From assembly GCA_964636355.1 (NCBI GenBank), contig CAZWRG010000003.1, forward strand, positions 793 through 64,792: DNA of 64,000 bases, read 5' to 3'. The first letter of the stretch is position 1. Every line of letters starts with the position of its first letter. Position numbers and translations under genes: made by a program. The notes beneath the pieces are model-generated. The model searched no databases. It was not told where the DNA came from and was given only the letters and a program-made list of their open reading frames with translations. The DNA comes from an uncultured Candidatus Saccharibacteria bacterium (lineage in GTDB: Bacteria > Patescibacteriota > Saccharimonadia > Saccharimonadales > JAGQNK01). Positions 62,316 to 64,000 of the stretch are shown here, in pieces.

Positions 62316-63544
62316 TTTTTTCCTCCGGCAATGTCAAGATGGCCATCGAAGCCATTCGGTCCGCTCGGTGGCGAAGTTTGTTGACAATTTTGGGGATTGT
62401 CATCGGTGTGGTGAGCGTGGTGACGATTGTCAGTCTTGGTGAGGGTACCAAGCGTCAGATTGTGGGTCAGATTAATCAGTCCGGCCCCGATCTGATCACG
62501 ATTCGGCCTGGCAATACTATTAAACTTGATGAAAACGGCGAAGTTTCCGGGGTTAGCTTGGTTGGCGCTCTGAACGTTGGTTCGTTTAGCGAGACAGATT
62601 TTAAGACTGTTCAATCAGTGCCTGAACTGCGTGACGTGACGCCGTTTAGCTATGTTACCAGCCAGGTTTCAACCGATGAGGTAACCTATGATAGTGGAAT
62701 AGTGGTCGGCACCAATCAGTATTTGCCGGATGTTTTAGGTCAAAAAATAGAGTACGGCGTGTTTTTCACAGAAGATGAGTTAAACCGAAAGGTAGCTGTG
62801 ATTGGCAAACGGGTGGCCGAGCAGTTGTTCAAAGAAAACGTGCCGATTGGTAAAGTTTTTAATATTCGCGGCCAAGAGTTTGTGGTTCGGGGAGTTTTTG
62901 AAGAGTTTAAGACCAGTCCTTTATCGCCGAACAACGATTACAACGCGGCGATATTTATTCCCAAAGAAGTTGGCAGCCAGCTAACCGACGCCGACGGCAA
63001 AATGTATCAAATATTGGCCCGCCCCAACGATCCCAGTCGCTTAGATACGGCAATTACAGCGGTTACCGAAGCCCTCCAGCAAGCTCACGCCGGACAGCAG
63101 GATTTTACGGTTTTACGCCAAGAAGATAACCTGATAATTGCCAGTAGTATTTTAAATATCCTGACCACTTTTGTTAGTGGTGTCGCTGCCATTTCTCTGC
63201 TTGTAGGCGGCATTGGAATTTTAAATATTATGTTAGTTTCAGTGACCGAGCGAACCCATGAAATTGGCATCAGAAAAGCAATTGGCGCCACCAATCGTCA
63301 GATTTTGGGACAGTTTTTAACCGAATCAATTATTCTCAGTTTACTGGGAGGTTTTTTGGGCGTCATCCTATCGCTGCTGACAAATTATCTATTCCGAATA
63401 TTTACTGATTTAACTCCAGTTATATCATTGCCAATTATAATTATCGCCGTCGGTGTGGCGGTGATGGTCGGCGTAATCTTTGGTATCACGCCAGCTCTTA
63501 AAGCGGCTCGAAAACATCCAATTGATGCTTTGCGGCACGTGTAG
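62312..63544 (+). CDS. ABC transporter permease (MacB-type, FtsX domain)
   Basis: N-terminal TM, a large periplasmic-type domain, and a C-terminal FtsX 3-TM bundle (ERTHEIGIRKAIGA). ATGA overlap with the ATPase gene. Confidence 0.88.
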   Translation: MIFSSGNVKMAIEAIRSARWRSLLTILGIVIGVVSVVTIVSLGEGTKRQIVGQINQSGPDLITIRPGNTIKLDENGEVSGVSLVGALNVGSFSETDFKTVQSVPELRDVTPFSYVTSQVSTDEVTYDSGIVVGTNQYLPDVLGQKIEYGVFFTEDELNRKVAVIGKRVAEQLFKENVPIGKVFNIRGQEFVVRGVFEEFKTSPLSPNNDYNAAIFIPKEVGSQLTDADGKMYQILARPNDPSRLDTAITAVTEALQQAHAGQQDFTVLRQEDNLIIASSILNILTTFVSGVAAISLLVGGIGILNIMLVSVTERTHEIGIRKAIGATNRQILGQFLTESIILSLLGGFLGVILSLLTNYLFRIFTDLTPVISLPIIIIAVGVAVMVGVIFGITPALKAARKHPIDALRHV

Positions 63545-63658
63545 TTAATTACAAAAGATAAAAGAGCCTTTTATGGTACGATCTTACCTGGTGACCATCC
63601 AGCAGGTTGTACGCTAAGGCTCTTTATCTCTCGGTTAGGACGCTTTGTTAAGGTTAGC

Positions 63659-63823
63659 TCAGGCGCAAGGAAAAGCTGATATGCCTGAATGTATTGGCGG
63701 TTCGGGCTCTCCGTAGGGTCCACCGTCTGGGGGTGGAACGACAACCGGTGGTTCTTCGCCGTTGACATCAGCAAATATAGCTCCAAACCAGTTGTTTGAT
63801 GGGTTTTGGATTCTACCTTTCAT
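63659..63823 (-). CDS. Possible small Pro-rich protein (54 aa)
   Basis: AAGGAAGG 6 nt upstream of the ATG at 63823. Overlaps another listed ORF (63571-63786) in a different frame. Confidence 0.3.
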   Translation of the reverse strand: MKGRIQNPSNNWFGAIFADVNGEEPPVVVPPPDGGPYGEPEPPIHSGISAFPCA

Positions 63824-63913
63824 TGATGCCTTCCTTTCCCCCTCGTCATTTATTAATGACAATTTAAGAGTAACCGGTTCTTAGATTTAGTAATATAAGA
63901 TTTCTTACAAATA

Positions 63914-63942
63914 AAATCGCCCCTAATTTTAAGGGGCGATTT
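63914..63942 (-). terminator. Terminator for a minus-strand gene whose 3' end enters at the window edge
   Basis: AAATCGCCCCT / AGGGGCGATTT 11-bp stem. The in-frame stop of an edge ORF is at 63963-63965. Confidence 0.6.
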
Positions 63943-64000
63943 AAGTCATTTAGCTCCAGTAATTATCTGGCGACTGTGCTGCCGCGGCCGCCACCAACTA

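Noticed and set aside
63571-63786. 71-aa minus-strand ORF after the ABC permease
   Set aside because: It overlaps the better-supported SD-led frame at 63659-63823 and has no ribosome-binding site. The two may be one frameshifted gene, but this cannot be resolved from the sequence alone.
1-64000. CRISPR arrays, rRNA genes, IS elements or integrases, and an alternative genetic code
   Set aside because: No regularly spaced direct repeats, rRNA signatures, transposase or integrase motifs were seen. Long uninterrupted ORFs for conserved proteins under the standard code argue against UGA or UAG reassignment.

Overview
The window is gene-dense bacterial chromosome under the standard genetic code. 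All calls rest on motif recognition by eye; no database search or folding program was run. Gene content suggests a small-genome, Gram-positive-like lineage, possibly Patescibacteria/CPR (Saccharibacteria-like), but that is inference only. Supporting features are a compact dcw cluster, a sortase, many membrane-anchored proteins with basic or low-complexity tails, and frequent leaderless-type promoters. Housekeeping genes I recognise are recO, glyQS, mraZ-rsmH-ftsL-ftsI-mraY-ftsW-murG-ftsQ, topA, dprA, pth, der, a RluB/RsuA-type pseudouridine synthase, gltX, xth, pyrH and a prephenate dehydrogenase. There are also two canonical two-component pairs, a umuDC-like pair, a MacB-type ABC transporter, and tRNA-Glu(CTC), tRNA-Leu(CAA) and tRNA-Ser(GGA). 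Accessory content includes an AbrB-type antitoxin with a Doc toxin and an ATPase / HD-like / NTase-like trio. It also includes an uncharacterised 329-aa gene paired with a Pif1-type helicase, a NYN-domain gene, and a small island after tRNA-Glu. The signals most worth a second look are non-coding. First, about 370 nt of stacked helices between topA and dprA carry G.U pairs that fit only the + strand, antisense to both flanking genes. Second, a roughly 0.9-kb promoter-driven structured locus after dprA holds an 82-aa GIY-YIG ORF inside a perfect 16-bp inverted repeat. Third, an ~80-nt element occurs twice. Fourth, a structured 526-bp spacer sits inside the dcw operon. Fifth, a 697-bp convergent gap carries clustered DnaA-box-like and TTATGTAAGT repeats. 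Other observations are four phased GTGGGT boxes upstream of mraZ, a kinase/receiver pair that has lost both phospho-sites, and a UmuD homologue lacking its nucleophile Ser. No CRISPR array, rRNA, transposase or integrase was seen.
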